Shown: piece after piece, positions 45,463 through 55,708 of the stretch
Numbering within the stretch: position 1 is the first letter of the stretch
Layout of the letters: each line of letters opens with the position of its first letter
Assembly: GCA_017559355.1 (NCBI GenBank)
Contig: JAFYSL010000024.1
Coordinates: 507-64,506 of the forward strand
DNA from: Muribaculaceae bacterium
GTDB taxonomy: Bacteria > Bacteroidota > Bacteroidia > Bacteroidales > Muribaculaceae
Direction of reading: 5' to 3'
Length of the DNA: 64,000 nucleotides
Notes under the pieces: generated by a model
Told to the model about the DNA's origin: nothing
Seen by the model: only the letters and a program-made list of their open reading frames with translations
The model's database searches: none
Made by a program: the position numbers and the translations under genes

Positions 45463-46377
45463 ATGGCGCAGTTTCAATTAAATATTTTAGGTTGTGGCTC
45501 GGCGATACCTACGGCGCGCCACAATCCGTCGTCACAAATCCTTGACATTCGTGACAACCTCTTTATGATTGACTGCGGCGAAGGGGCTCAATTAAGCATG
45601 AGAAAGATGCGATTGAAATACACTCGTCTCAACCACATTTTCATTAGCCACTTGCATGGCGACCACTGTTTTGGATTGATAGGATTACTATCTTCAATGG
45701 CATTGCAAGAAAAAACAGGTTCGGTAACAATACACATCTTTGAAGATGGCGCAGAGTTATTTGACCAACAATTAAAGTTTTTCTGCCGCGACATTCCTTT
45801 TGAAATAAAATTTAATATTATAAAACCTTCGCGAGAGGTAATATTTGAATCTCATGCTATCACCGTTGAAACTATACCTATGTCGCATCGTGTGCCTTGC
45901 GTGGGATTTTTATTTAAGGAGAAACCCAAGTTGCGTCATCTTAAAGGGGACATGGTAAAATTCTATAATGTACCCATTAAAGACCTTCATAGAATAAAAG
46001 AAGGCAACGATTTCATCACTGCCGATGGTGTCGTTGTGCCCAATGCACGACTCACTACCGACGCCGACCCCGTGATGAGTTATGCTTATTGTTCCGACAC
46101 TGCCTTTAATCCCCAAATTACTGAGATGATTAAAGGTACAAATACTATCTATCACGAGGCGACATACTCTAACGAGTTTGCTCACTTGGCTCGTCCTCGA
46201 GGGCACTCCACTGCCGTGGAAGCTGCACTTATAGCACAAATGGCAGAGGCTCAACAACTCATTCTCGGTCATTTTTCAAAAAGATATCGCGACGAATCAC
46301 CCATTTTAAACGAGGCTAAGGAGATTTTCCCTAACACCATTCTCGCCAACGATGGAATGCAAATTAGTTTATTATGA
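45463..46377 (+). CDS. rnz: ribonuclease Z (metallo-beta-lactamase fold)
   Basis: 304 aa. LGCGSAIPT N-terminus and HLHGDH motif. Confidence 0.85.
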   Translation: MAQFQLNILGCGSAIPTARHNPSSQILDIRDNLFMIDCGEGAQLSMRKMRLKYTRLNHIFISHLHGDHCFGLIGLLSSMALQEKTGSVTIHIFEDGAELFDQQLKFFCRDIPFEIKFNIIKPSREVIFESHAITVETIPMSHRVPCVGFLFKEKPKLRHLKGDMVKFYNVPIKDLHRIKEGNDFITADGVVVPNARLTTDADPVMSYAYCSDTAFNPQITEMIKGTNTIYHEATYSNEFAHLARPRGHSTAVEAALIAQMAEAQQLILGHFSKRYRDESPILNEAKEIFPNTILANDGMQISLL

Positions 46378-46820
46378 CACAGTTTGACCAAGACATAAAA
46401 TTCATGCATGCAGCCCTCGATGAGGCACAACAAGCATTTGATGCTGATGAGATACCCATCGGAGCAGTTGTTGTGTGTCAAGGTCGCATAATAGGTCGTG
46501 GGCATAACCTCACCGAGATGCTCAACGACGTTACAGCACATGCCGAAATGCAAGCCATCACAGCAGCAGCTAATACTCTTGGTGGAAAGTATCTTCAAGA
46601 TTGTACTCTATATGTAACCGTTGAACCATGCATGATGTGTGCTGGCGCTATTGGGTGGAGTCAACTATCGCGCATTGTATATGGCGCAGGCGATGACAAA
46701 CGAGGGTATTCGGCATTTACTCATCGTCACCCATTTCACCCCAAAGCAACAATTACCCCTGGAGTGCTCGCCGATGAGTGCAAAGAACTTATGCAACGAT
46801 TTTTCAAAAGCAAACGATAA
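46374..46820 (+). CDS. tadA: tRNA adenosine(34) deaminase
   Basis: HAEMQAI and PCMMCAGA zinc-binding motifs. There is a 4-nt overlap with rnz. Confidence 0.9.
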   Translation: MTQFDQDIKFMHAALDEAQQAFDADEIPIGAVVVCQGRIIGRGHNLTEMLNDVTAHAEMQAITAAANTLGGKYLQDCTLYVTVEPCMMCAGAIGWSQLSRIVYGAGDDKRGYSAFTHRHPFHPKATITPGVLADECKELMQRFFKSKR

Positions 46821-46852
46821 TTCAATAATAAAAAACTATAAAACCAATCACA

Positions 46853-48148
46853 ATGTTACAAAAACTATTTGGGTTTGACCCTAACAAATCGAGTGTAAAG
46901 ACCGAGATTATGGCCGGTATCACTACATTCTTGACAATGGCATATATTCTTGCCGTGAACCCCGACATTTTGAGTGCAACTGGTATGGATAAAGGTGCTA
47001 TTTTCACCACTACTGTTGCTATTTCAGCTATTACAACAATCCTCATGGCAATTATTGCTAAATTGCCTTTTGCGCTAGCTCCGGGCATGGGTCTTAATGC
47101 CTTTTTTGCATTCTCTGTGTGTCAAATTTTGGGCTATTCTTGGCAATTTGCCCTCACTGCAGTATTTATTGAAGGTATCATTTTTATTATTCTCACGATT
47201 ACAAATGTGCGTGAAATGATTGTTGATATTATTCCACAAACGCTAAAAGATAGTATCAGTGTGGGTATCGGATTGTTCATTGCTTTCATTGGTCTTAAAA
47301 GCACTGGCATCGTAGTTAACGACGAAGCTACATTGGTAAAATTAGGCGATATTACTTCAGGTGTTGCCCTATTAGGTATTATCGGCATTATCGTTACATC
47401 TTTGTTGTTGATTAAAAAAGTAAAGGGTGGCCTTCTCTTTGGTATTATCATCACTACTTTAATTGGTATCCCTATGGGAATTACTCAATTTAATGGTTTT
47501 ATAAGTGTTCCCCCCTCAATCGAACCTATTTTCTTCAAATTTGAATGGGATAAAATTCTCACTGGCGATATGGTCCTTATCGTATTTACATTCCTATTTG
47601 TCGACCTTTTCGATACTATCGGAACTCTCATCGGCGTATCAACCCGTGCTGGCATTATAAAGAACGGTAAAATCCCCCGTCTCAAACAAGCATTCCTTGT
47701 TGACGCAATCGGTACTACTGGTGGTGCTATCATGGGTACAAGTACTGTTACCACATTCGTAGAAAGTGCCGCTGGTGTGGAAGAAGGAGGTCGCAGTGGT
47801 TTGACAGCATTCGTATCAGGTATCTGTTTTGCGCTCTCTATCTTCTTCGCTCCATTCTTTCTCGCTATTCCTGCATCGGCAACAGCTCCTGTACTTGTGC
47901 TTGTGGGATTGATGATGATGGCATCGGTAACCAAAGTAAATTTCAACGATTTCTCTGAAGCAATTCCTGCATTTTTGTGTATCATTTGTATGCCTTTGTG
48001 CTACAGTATCTCTGAAGGTATCATTCTTGGTCACCTCGCATACGTAATTCTTAACATTCTTAGTGGCAAATGGAAAAAAGTTTCAATCGGAATGTGTATC
48101 CTCGCCATCTTCTTCTTATTAAAATTCACTATTCATTTATTTCAATAA
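46853..48148 (+). CDS. NCS2-family purine (adenine/guanine/hypoxanthine) permease
   Basis: 431 aa. N-terminus VKTEIMAGITTFLTMAYILAVNP is typical of AzgA/PbuG-type permeases. Polytopic membrane protein. Confidence 0.85.
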   Translation: MLQKLFGFDPNKSSVKTEIMAGITTFLTMAYILAVNPDILSATGMDKGAIFTTTVAISAITTILMAIIAKLPFALAPGMGLNAFFAFSVCQILGYSWQFALTAVFIEGIIFIILTITNVREMIVDIIPQTLKDSISVGIGLFIAFIGLKSTGIVVNDEATLVKLGDITSGVALLGIIGIIVTSLLLIKKVKGGLLFGIIITTLIGIPMGITQFNGFISVPPSIEPIFFKFEWDKILTGDMVLIVFTFLFVDLFDTIGTLIGVSTRAGIIKNGKIPRLKQAFLVDAIGTTGGAIMGTSTVTTFVESAAGVEEGGRSGLTAFVSGICFALSIFFAPFFLAIPASATAPVLVLVGLMMMASVTKVNFNDFSEAIPAFLCIICMPLCYSISEGIILGHLAYVILNILSGKWKKVSIGMCILAIFFLLKFTIHLFQ

Positions 48149-48167
48149 CCACTAAACTCTAAATCTC

Positions 48168-48854
48168 ATGAAAAAGATTTTATTTTTTGCGATGGTGGCA
48201 CTTGCCTCATTGACAGCTTCGGCCGATCTAAATTTGCAATTCCACTACGATATGGGTAGTGCTATTTATAGCAAAAACCTTTCTAATCGTCCTCAATGGA
48301 CTGCAACTGTAGAAAATTTCACTCCCGACAAATGGGGTAGCACATACTTCTTTATTGATGCAAATTTTGCTAACAATACTATCCCTGGCGTGTATGGTGA
48401 AATCTCTCGTGAATTAAAATTCTGGAAAGCTCCTGTTGCCATTCACCTTGAATATAATGGTGGCACAGGTCTTAATAATGCATTCCTTGCAGGTGCTGCT
48501 TACAACTGGGCGAGCAACGATTTTAGCAAAACATTCTCAGTTCAAGCATTATATCGTTACGACGTAAAAGCGCCATCTCCACACAACTGGCAATTAACGG
48601 CCGTATGGGGTATTCATTTTGCTAAAGGACTTTGCACTTTCAGTGGATATGCTGACCTCGCTCGCAACACTGCATTAAACAGTAATTTGGTATTTAGTAG
48701 CGAACCTCAATTCTGGTTTAACTTCGCTCCACTTGACTGGGTTGATGACAAATGCAAAATCAGCGTAGGTGCTGAAGTAGAACTATCTAACTACCTTGCC
48801 GAATTTGGTAAATTCTACGCAATCCCTACTTTAGCAGCCAAATGGACTTTCTAA
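48168..48854 (+). CDS. small outer-membrane beta-barrel protein, possibly a Tsx-like nucleoside/nucleobase channel (DUF5020-like)
   Basis: Signal peptide. About 210 mature residues with alternating aromatic/polar strands and a C-terminal F (AAKWTF). It lies 19 nt downstream of the purine permease. The family name is from memory only. Confidence 0.45.
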   Translation: MKKILFFAMVALASLTASADLNLQFHYDMGSAIYSKNLSNRPQWTATVENFTPDKWGSTYFFIDANFANNTIPGVYGEISRELKFWKAPVAIHLEYNGGTGLNNAFLAGAAYNWASNDFSKTFSVQALYRYDVKAPSPHNWQLTAVWGIHFAKGLCTFSGYADLARNTALNSNLVFSSEPQFWFNFAPLDWVDDKCKISVGAEVELSNYLAEFGKFYAIPTLAAKWTF

Positions 48855-48873
48855 TCGATTGACCTCTGCATAG

Positions 48874-48916
48874 AAACAAATAGCGAGTGCCCACGAAGGA
48901 CACTCGCTATTTGTTT
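48874..48916. terminator. bidirectional terminator between the Tsx-like gene and the T9SS cargo gene
   Basis: AAACAAATAGCGAGTG ... CACTCGCTATTTGTTT, a 16-bp perfect outer stem plus two further GC pairs. Confidence 0.75.
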
Positions 48917-48935
48917 GTTGATATAAATGAGAATC

Positions 48936-51359
48936 TTATTTGATATAAACCTTATCTGAAACAACTTTGCCAGTAGTTGTTTTTGCAAGCACTACATATA
49001 TTCCGTGTGCAAGATTGTCGGTTGTTAACTCATTACAATTGCCATGCGCAACCTCAACTCCTGTCAACGAGTAGATTGAAATAGATTCAACTTCTTCGCC
49101 TACTACTTTAACTCCATTGTCGCACACTACGATTTTTGCATCATCGCTTACGATTGATTCAACATCAGAAGTTCCCCCCTTCGCGGTATATTTAGCAACC
49201 CCTTGTTTTGGGATAAGAGCCCAAAGATGGATTGTTGCTCCGTCAACTTTTGCAAGTGCAGTAGAAACGAATGTTCCATTTGAAACACCACTTGAACCAA
49301 GCACTGGGTAGCTATTCAATTTTGATGCAGAAACTTCACCATTAGTTACATCAATTAGGTTCAGATAACCTTGTTGAACTGTTGTTTTATATGCAACAGC
49401 TGCAGCAAGATTAAATTTGCCATATGTTATTGGGCAGTAGCTTGTGCCATAAATATTGCCGTCAAGTGATGTTGGATTTAATTCACGAATAAGAGTACCA
49501 TTAGCATTAAACAATGCAGGAGCGCCATTTTTACCTGTAGCCCAAAATGTGCCATCTTCATTTGCGCGAATTTCAATCACTGCAAACGAGCCGCCATAGT
49601 TAAATGTAGCACCTTTTGAATCTTTAAGCGTAATCTCAGTAGGAGTTGGATTTGCTACACCATTTGTTACAGTATATACATATACCTTACCTTCATAACC
49701 TGTGTTTGATGTGAAATAAAGTTTACCATTATTGATTGTTCCCGATGCGCTCATCAAGTCGCCCGAACGAGCTCCATGATTAGTTGTTTCTAGAACTACC
49801 GATGGAGTTGCAGAGTCGCTGCTCCAACTATACACTTTCAATACGCTTGTTGCACCATAAGCGAGATTACAGGCTACTATAGTGCCACCCATATTTGCTA
49901 CTGATGCAAATTGATAAGCTTCTTTTGTAATACCTGTTGAAGGCAAACTACCCTTCATTGCACCAGTGTTAGCATTCACAATACGAATATAACCGGTTCC
50001 ATTGTCGGGATCGCGTTGCACTACATAAAGATTATCGCCCATCAATGTCATGTTGCGAGTGTAGTCGTTGGCAGGGTTCATCCATGTTACAGAGTTGCCA
50101 CCCATAGCCGAGTATGACCAATCGGTAGAAAAAGAAGAAGGAAGTGAGACAATTGTTGTTTCTGGAGTATCGGGTTGAGATGCTTCTGTGATAGTTGCCG
50201 AGCAGTTTATCTCAATGCGAGTTGAGCCACTTTGCACTGCTACATAACCGCTATAATTACCTGCAGATTTCGAAGTATCGAGAGTGATTGTCATCGTACC
50301 ACCAGTACGGCTATTCCAATTAGAGGTCGATACCTTAAATGCACTTGAACTACTATTATATGCGATATCGCTTGTTAGATTTGCACCTGTAATTGTTACT
50401 GATGAAGAAGGGGCTGTAGCACCTTTTGCAGCAGTAAATGACAATGAAGTAGTGCTTGCTTTGAGTGAAGCTGTACCAGGCGAAGGTGTTGAACCTGTGC
50501 TGATTGTACCTGTGCAATTGATTTGAATGCGAGTTGTACCACTTTGCACTGCAATGTAGCCACTATATGTACCCGCAGTCAACGCTGTATTAAGCGTAAT
50601 TTTCAATGTACCACCAGTGCGGCTATTCCAATTTGAGGTTGACACAGTGAAAGCTGAAGAACTGCTACTATATGCGATATCACTTGTGAGGTTAGCACCA
50701 GTGATTGTCACAGTTGTAGAAGGAACTGTGCCACCTTGTGTACCACTCAAAGACACCGATGTAGTGCTTGCAGTGAGTGAAGCATTGCCAGTTGATGGAG
50801 TATCACCTTGCACATTAAATGCCATCATATCGTTATACATTGCGATGATAGCAGTTCCATAACCTGCTGCTGCTGCCCATTTACCCGAACCGAGATCTTC
50901 CCAGTTGGGTGCAGTGCCACGATTTACATAGTTAAAGCGAGGGTCAACAAGAGTTTCGCCTGCTGGGAGCGATTTTGTACAACAATACGCATAGAGGTGT
51001 TGAATTTGAGCTGTTACACCCTCTTTCACTGTTGAAAATTGGCAACCTTTTTGGCCGAGAGTAGTCACACCAAGACCGCAATAGTTGTGATCATCGGGAG
51101 TTACGGCCGTACCACCGGTGTATTTAAACCACCCTGTTTCAATGATTGATTGGCAAAGCGCAATATCACCACGCATACCATAAATTTGCGATACTGCAAT
51201 AAATTGTTCGGCAATCTCACGGTCGAAAGAACTATTTTTTGACTTTACAAATTGGTACATTCTTTCAACTGTTGCCACGTTTGTTCCAAGTATAGGAGTT
51301 GCTGCATTTGCCACAACTATCGCTATGAGAAATAATAACGTTAATGTTAGTTTTTTCAT
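48936..51359 (-). CDS. T9SS-secreted multidomain protein: GH73-like N-acetylglucosaminidase domain, two Ig-like repeats, beta-propeller-like region and a Por_Secre_tail CTD
   Basis: I chose the ATG at 51359 (MKKLTLTLLFLIAIVVANA signal). The glucosaminidase signature is ALCQSIIETGWFKY...NYCGLG. There is a tandem ~104-aa repeat. The C-terminus ISIYSLTGVEV...LAHGIYVVLAKTTTGKVVSDKVYIK is typical of type IX secretion sorting domains. Confidence 0.7.
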   Translation of the reverse strand: MKKLTLTLLFLIAIVVANAATPILGTNVATVERMYQFVKSKNSSFDREIAEQFIAVSQIYGMRGDIALCQSIIETGWFKYTGGTAVTPDDHNYCGLGVTTLGQKGCQFSTVKEGVTAQIQHLYAYCCTKSLPAGETLVDPRFNYVNRGTAPNWEDLGSGKWAAAAGYGTAIIAMYNDMMAFNVQGDTPSTGNASLTASTTSVSLSGTQGGTVPSTTVTITGANLTSDIAYSSSSSAFTVSTSNWNSRTGGTLKITLNTALTAGTYSGYIAVQSGTTRIQINCTGTISTGSTPSPGTASLKASTTSLSFTAAKGATAPSSSVTITGANLTSDIAYNSSSSAFKVSTSNWNSRTGGTMTITLDTSKSAGNYSGYVAVQSGSTRIEINCSATITEASQPDTPETTIVSLPSSFSTDWSYSAMGGNSVTWMNPANDYTRNMTLMGDNLYVVQRDPDNGTGYIRIVNANTGAMKGSLPSTGITKEAYQFASVANMGGTIVACNLAYGATSVLKVYSWSSDSATPSVVLETTNHGARSGDLMSASGTINNGKLYFTSNTGYEGKVYVYTVTNGVANPTPTEITLKDSKGATFNYGGSFAVIEIRANEDGTFWATGKNGAPALFNANGTLIRELNPTSLDGNIYGTSYCPITYGKFNLAAAVAYKTTVQQGYLNLIDVTNGEVSASKLNSYPVLGSSGVSNGTFVSTALAKVDGATIHLWALIPKQGVAKYTAKGGTSDVESIVSDDAKIVVCDNGVKVVGEEVESISIYSLTGVEVAHGNCNELTTDNLAHGIYVVLAKTTTGKVVSDKVYIK
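50187..50783 (-). repeat. in-frame tandem duplication (2 x ~95 aa, period 312 nt) inside the T9SS cargo gene
   Basis: aa 211-305 versus 315-409, roughly 70% identical by hand count (ASLTASTTSVSLSG...IQINCTGTIS versus ASLKASTTSLSFTA...IEINCSATIT). Confidence 0.85.
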
Positions 51360-51594
51360 TTTGTAATATGTTATTTGATTTATATTCTGGAAAAACGAGT
51401 GCAATATTAGCAAAAAAATCCGAGATTAGGAAGGATTTTCAACATCCAAGCACATTTTGCCTACTAATTTGTAGCTTTATATACATTGATACTTCCAAAA
51501 CTTTCACCTAACACATATTCGTTTTACAACAACATTTTTTCAATTTCTATAAAGAATTTTTTCCTTAATTGTTGGTACGGAAATATATTTACAT

Positions 51595-51602
51595 TAAATT
51601 TG
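51595..51602 (+). promoter_or_regulatory. -7 promoter box for frdCAB
   Basis: TAAATTTG, 73 nt upstream of the ATG. Confidence 0.45.
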
Positions 51603-51674
51603 CATTAATTTTACTATTATTGTATAGATAGAAAACTTAAACTAATTAATTAATAATTTAAAATTCAAACTTCT

Positions 51675-52712
51675 ATGTGGTTAACTAACTCATCTATAGG
51701 AAGGAAGCTCATTATGTCAATTACAGGAGCTGCTCTTATCCTATTCCTTACGTTTCACGTATTGATGAATGCAGTAGCAATCGTATGGCCAACTGCCTAC
51801 AACACGATTTGCCAACTCCTCGGAGCTAACTGGTATGCACTTGTTGCTTCTATGGGCCTCGCTGCACTCTTTGTACTTCACATTGCGTATGCGCTTATCC
51901 TCACTTTGCAAAACCGCAAAGCTCGTGGTAACGACCGCTACAATGTAACAACTCTTCCTCCTCACGTTGAATGGTCATCAAACAACATGCTCGTTCTCGG
52001 TATCGTTGTTGTAGCATTCCTCGCTGCTCACATGATTCAATTCTGGGCAAAAATGCAACTTGTAGAAGCACTCTCACACGACCCTGCTACTTGGGCGACT
52101 ATTGATGGTGCTGCAGCGAACCCTGCTATGGGTACATTGTTCCTTCACGCTGCATTTGGCGAAGTGTGGACTCCTATCGTTTACATCATCGGTTTCGTTG
52201 CTCTTTGGTTCCACATGAACCACGGTTTCTGGTCAATGTTCCAAACTGCTGGCTGGAATAACGACACTTGGTTGCCTCGCTTGAAGAAAATCTCTTTGGC
52301 TTGGACTACTGTAATCGTAGGTCTCTTCACTATCCAAGCTGTGTGGTTCACTATCGAAGCTAAAAACGGTTCTTACCTCAACAACGAAGCTCTTCAAGAA
52401 CAATACTTCGAAGCTTATACTGAAATGATGGGCGAAGCTCAAGAAAATATCCAAAATGAAGCTATGGCTCTTCAACTCTCTGACGCTTCAGATGTTGAAA
52501 AAGAAGCTAAGTTCATGGAACTTCAAACTGCTTACGAAGCAAAAATGGGCATCATCCAATCAGCAATCAAAGTTTATTGCAAAGATATTCCTCAAGTAAA
52601 AGCTTGGATTCAACAAGAAGAAGCTCAAAAAGCTATGCAAGCACTTCCTGAAGAAATGGAAATGGAAGAACTTGAAGAAATAGACACAACTAATGTTCAA
52701 CCTCAAAACTAA
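51675..52712 (+). CDS. frdC: fumarate reductase/succinate dehydrogenase cytochrome b subunit (b558 type) with a ~115-aa acidic C-terminal extension
   Basis: Five TM helices with conserved His (FHVLMN, LHIAYA, AAHMIQF, WFHMNHGFW) end near aa 228. They are followed by an E/Q/A-rich tail ending EEMEMEELEEIDTTNVQPQN. Confidence 0.8.
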   Translation: MWLTNSSIGRKLIMSITGAALILFLTFHVLMNAVAIVWPTAYNTICQLLGANWYALVASMGLAALFVLHIAYALILTLQNRKARGNDRYNVTTLPPHVEWSSNNMLVLGIVVVAFLAAHMIQFWAKMQLVEALSHDPATWATIDGAAANPAMGTLFLHAAFGEVWTPIVYIIGFVALWFHMNHGFWSMFQTAGWNNDTWLPRLKKISLAWTTVIVGLFTIQAVWFTIEAKNGSYLNNEALQEQYFEAYTEMMGEAQENIQNEAMALQLSDASDVEKEAKFMELQTAYEAKMGIIQSAIKVYCKDIPQVKAWIQQEEAQKAMQALPEEMEMEELEEIDTTNVQPQN

Positions 52713-52721
52713 TCAAGCGAT

Positions 52722-54725
52722 ATGGATAAAATGATTGATTCAACTCCTATCATGAAGGATTATGCCGATATGGAATCGGTAGCAACAACAACGATTGATT
52801 CTAAAATCCCTGAAGGTCCTGTCGCTGAGAAATGGACCAACTATAAGGCTCACCAAAAACTTGTAAACCCAGCCAACAAACGTAACCTCGATATTATCGT
52901 TGTAGGTACTGGTCTTGCAGGTGCTTCTGCTGCATCTACTCTTGGTGAAATGGGCTTCAACGTGCTCAACTTCTGCATCCAAGATAGCCCACGTCGTGCA
53001 CACTCTATCGCTGCACAAGGTGGTGTAAATGCTGCTAAAAACTATCAAAACGATGGTGACTCTATTTATCGTTTATTCTACGATACAGTAAAAGGTGGTG
53101 ACTTCCGTTCACGCGAAGCTAACGTATACCGTCTTGCTGAAGTTTCTAACAATATCATCGACCAATGTGTGGCTCAAGGTGTACCTTTCGCTCGCGAATA
53201 TGGTGGTTTGCTCGCTAACCGTTCATTCGGTGGTGCTCAAGTATCACGTACTTTCTACGCTAAAGGTCAAACAGGTCAACAACTTCTCCTCGGTGCATAT
53301 TCTTCACTCAACCGCCAAATCGAAAAAGGCACAGTGAAATCATTCAACCGTCGCGAAATGCTTGACGTAGTTATTATCGATGGTCGCGCTCGTGGTATCA
53401 TCGTTCGTAACCTCGTTACTGGCGAAATCGAACGCTACGCTGCTCACGCTGTAGTTCTCGCAACTGGTGGTTATGGCCGTGCATTCTTCCTTTCTACTAA
53501 CGCTATGGGTTGCAACGGTTCGGCTGCTATTCAAGCTTTCCGTAAAGGTGCTTACCTCTCTAACCTCGCGTTTACTCAAATCCACCCAACTTGTATCCCT
53601 GTTCATGGTGAAGACCAATCAAAACTTACTTTGATGAGTGAATCACTCCGTAACGATGGTCGTATCTGGGTTCCTAAAAAGAAAGAAGATGCTGAAGCTA
53701 TCCGCGCAGGCAAGAAAAAACCAACTGAAATTCCTGACGAAGATCGCGACTTCTATCTCGAACGTCGTTATCCAGCATTCGGTAACCTTTGTCCTCGCGA
53801 CATCGCCAGCCGTGCTGCTAAAGAACGTTGCGATGCTGGTTATGGTGTTGGTACAGGTAACGCTGTATATCTCGACTTCAAATACGCTATCGAACGCCTT
53901 GGTGAAGATGTAGTTCGTGACCGTTATGGTAACTTGTTTGAAATGTATGAAATGATTTCAGATGATAATCCATACGAAACTCCTATGATGATCTTCCCTG
54001 CAAGCCACTACACAATGGGTGGTATCTGGGTTGACTACGAACTCCAAACATCAATCAAGGGTCTCTTCGCTATCGGTGAATGTAACTTCTCTGACCACGG
54101 TGCTAACCGTCTTGGTGCATCTGCTCTTATGCAAGGGCTTGCAGATGGTTACTTCGTGCTCCCTTATACAATGCAAAACTACCTCAGCGACCAAATCAAA
54201 GTGCCTCACTTCACTACTGACGCTCCTGAATTTGATCAAGCTGAAGCTGATGTTCGCGCTCGTATCGAGAAATTGATGAACATCAAAGGGACTAAATCTC
54301 CCGACGAAATTCACAAACGCCTCGGTCGCGTAATGTGGGATCTCGTAGGTATGGGACGTACACTCGACAGCCTCGTTAAAGCTCTTGCCGAACTCGAAGA
54401 AGTACGCAAAGAATTCTACAGCGACCTCCGCGTAGTAGGTAAAGCTGACGACCTCAACACTGAACTTGAAAAAGCTCTTCGTCTTGAAGACTTCCTCGAA
54501 ATGTCTAAGATGATGGCTATCGATGCTCTTCACCGTAACGAATCTTGTGGTGCTCACTTCCGTGAAGAATACCAAACTGCTGATGGTGAAGCTGCTCGTA
54601 ACGACGAAGAATATATGTATGTAAGCTGCTGGAAATACAATGGTGAAAACGAAAAACCAACATTGTATAAAGAGCCTCTTAAATACGAAGCTATTGAAGT
54701 TCAAACTCGTAACTACAAATCATAA
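52722..54725 (+). CDS. frdA: fumarate reductase/succinate dehydrogenase flavoprotein subunit
   Basis: FAD motif [13 protein letters not shown] and covalent-FAD His context [11 protein letters not shown]. The start is ambiguous among four in-frame ATGs (52722-52770). Confidence 0.95.
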   Translation: MDKMIDSTPIMKDYADMESVATTTIDSKIPEGPVAEKWTNYKAHQKLVNPANKRNLDIIVVGTGLAGASAASTLGEMGFNVLNFCIQDSPRRAHSIAAQGGVNAAKNYQNDGDSIYRLFYDTVKGGDFRSREANVYRLAEVSNNIIDQCVAQGVPFAREYGGLLANRSFGGAQVSRTFYAKGQTGQQLLLGAYSSLNRQIEKGTVKSFNRREMLDVVIIDGRARGIIVRNLVTGEIERYAAHAVVLATGGYGRAFFLSTNAMGCNGSAAIQAFRKGAYLSNLAFTQIHPTCIPVHGEDQSKLTLMSESLRNDGRIWVPKKKEDAEAIRAGKKKPTEIPDEDRDFYLERRYPAFGNLCPRDIASRAAKERCDAGYGVGTGNAVYLDFKYAIERLGEDVVRDRYGNLFEMYEMISDDNPYETPMMIFPASHYTMGGIWVDYELQTSIKGLFAIGECNFSDHGANRLGASALMQGLADGYFVLPYTMQNYLSDQIKVPHFTTDAPEFDQAEADVRARIEKLMNIKGTKSPDEIHKRLGRVMWDLVGMGRTLDSLVKALAELEEVRKEFYSDLRVVGKADDLNTELEKALRLEDFLEMSKMMAIDALHRNESCGAHFREEYQTADGEAARNDEEYMYVSCWKYNGENEKPTLYKEPLKYEAIEVQTRNYKS

Positions 54726-54795
54726 TAGTAACCACGGGGCAATCGGAGTTGCCTAACAACAACTCCGATTACCTACCAAATAATTAAATTACAAA

Positions 54796-55551
54796 ATGGA
54801 AAAAACAATTAACGTAAACTTGAAAATTTGGCGTCAACGTGGTCCTAAGGAACCTGGCCAATTCAAAACTTACCAACTTGATAAAGTATCAACTGATAGC
54901 AGTTTCCTTGAAATGCTTGATATGCTCAATCAACAACTCGTTGAAAAGGGCGAAGAACCTGTTGTATTTGACAACGACTGCCGCGAAGGTATCTGTGGTA
55001 TGTGTTCACTCTACATCAATGGACATCCACACGGACCAGTTCAAGGTATCACTACTTGCCAATTACACATGCGCAAATTCAAAGATGGCGACACTATCAC
55101 TATCGAACCATGGCGTTCAGCTGCATTCCCTGTAATTCGCGACTTGACTGTTGACCGTAATGCTTTCGACAAAATCCAACAAGCTGGTGGCTACACTTCA
55201 GTAAACTGTGGTGGTGCTCCTGATGCTAACGCAATGCCTATCTCTAAAGAAGTTGCTGACATCGCTATGGACTCAGCTACTTGTATCGGTTGTGGTGCTT
55301 GTGTTGCAGCTTGTAAAAACGGTTCAGCTATGTTGTTCGTTTCTGCAAAAGTTAGCCAATTTGCACTTCTTCCACAAGGTCAAGTTGAACGCGCACGTCG
55401 TGCTCGCGCAATGGTAAAACGTATGGACGAACTTGGCTTCGGTAACTGTACTAACACAGGTGCTTGTGCTGCAGAATGTCCTAAAAACGTTCCATTGAGC
55501 AACATCGCTCGCCTCAACCGAGAATTTATCAAAGCTAAATTCCAAGACTAA
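54796..55551 (+). CDS. frdB: fumarate reductase/succinate dehydrogenase iron-sulfur subunit
   Basis: 2Fe-2[10 protein letters not shown], 4Fe-4[12 protein letters not shown] and 3Fe-4[13 protein letters not shown] clusters. Confidence 0.95.
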   Translation: MEKTINVNLKIWRQRGPKEPGQFKTYQLDKVSTDSSFLEMLDMLNQQLVEKGEEPVVFDNDCREGICGMCSLYINGHPHGPVQGITTCQLHMRKFKDGDTITIEPWRSAAFPVIRDLTVDRNAFDKIQQAGGYTSVNCGGAPDANAMPISKEVADIAMDSATCIGCGACVAACKNGSAMLFVSAKVSQFALLPQGQVERARRARAMVKRMDELGFGNCTNTGACAAECPKNVPLSNIARLNREFIKAKFQD

Positions 55552-55573
55552 GAGACACTAATCTCATAATCTC

Positions 55574-55609
55574 AAAAACGAGAGAAAGCGCGCTTTCTCT
55601 CGTTTTTTT
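55574..55609 (+). terminator. intrinsic terminator of frdCAB
   Basis: AAAAACGAGAGAAAGCG/CGCTTTCTCTCGTTTTT palindrome running into a T7 tract. Confidence 0.8.
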
Positions 55610-55656
55610 GTGTCTATATGTATCGTTCTGCAATAGCATTGTATGCAATACAATAA

Positions 55657-55686
55657 GAAAAGAGCCTGTTTACACAGGCTCTTTTC
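55657..55686 (-). terminator. hairpin downstream of der
   Basis: GAAAAGAGCCTGT-TTAC-ACAGGCTCTTTTC, a perfect 13-bp stem. Confidence 0.65.
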
Positions 55687-55708
55687 TCGTTTTATATAGG
55701 GTGTGTTT

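Noticed and set aside
46821-46852. Purine riboswitch upstream of the NCS2 purine permease.
   Set aside because: Only 32 nt separate the tadA stop from the permease ATG. That is far too short for an aptamer.
54051-54704. 217-aa antisense ORF inside frdA. Similar cases are 47485-47985 inside the permease, 26577-27146 inside hsdM, and 5224-5640 and 5947-6423 inside glnA.
   Set aside because: These are shadow ORFs opposite well-supported genes. None has a recognisable motif.
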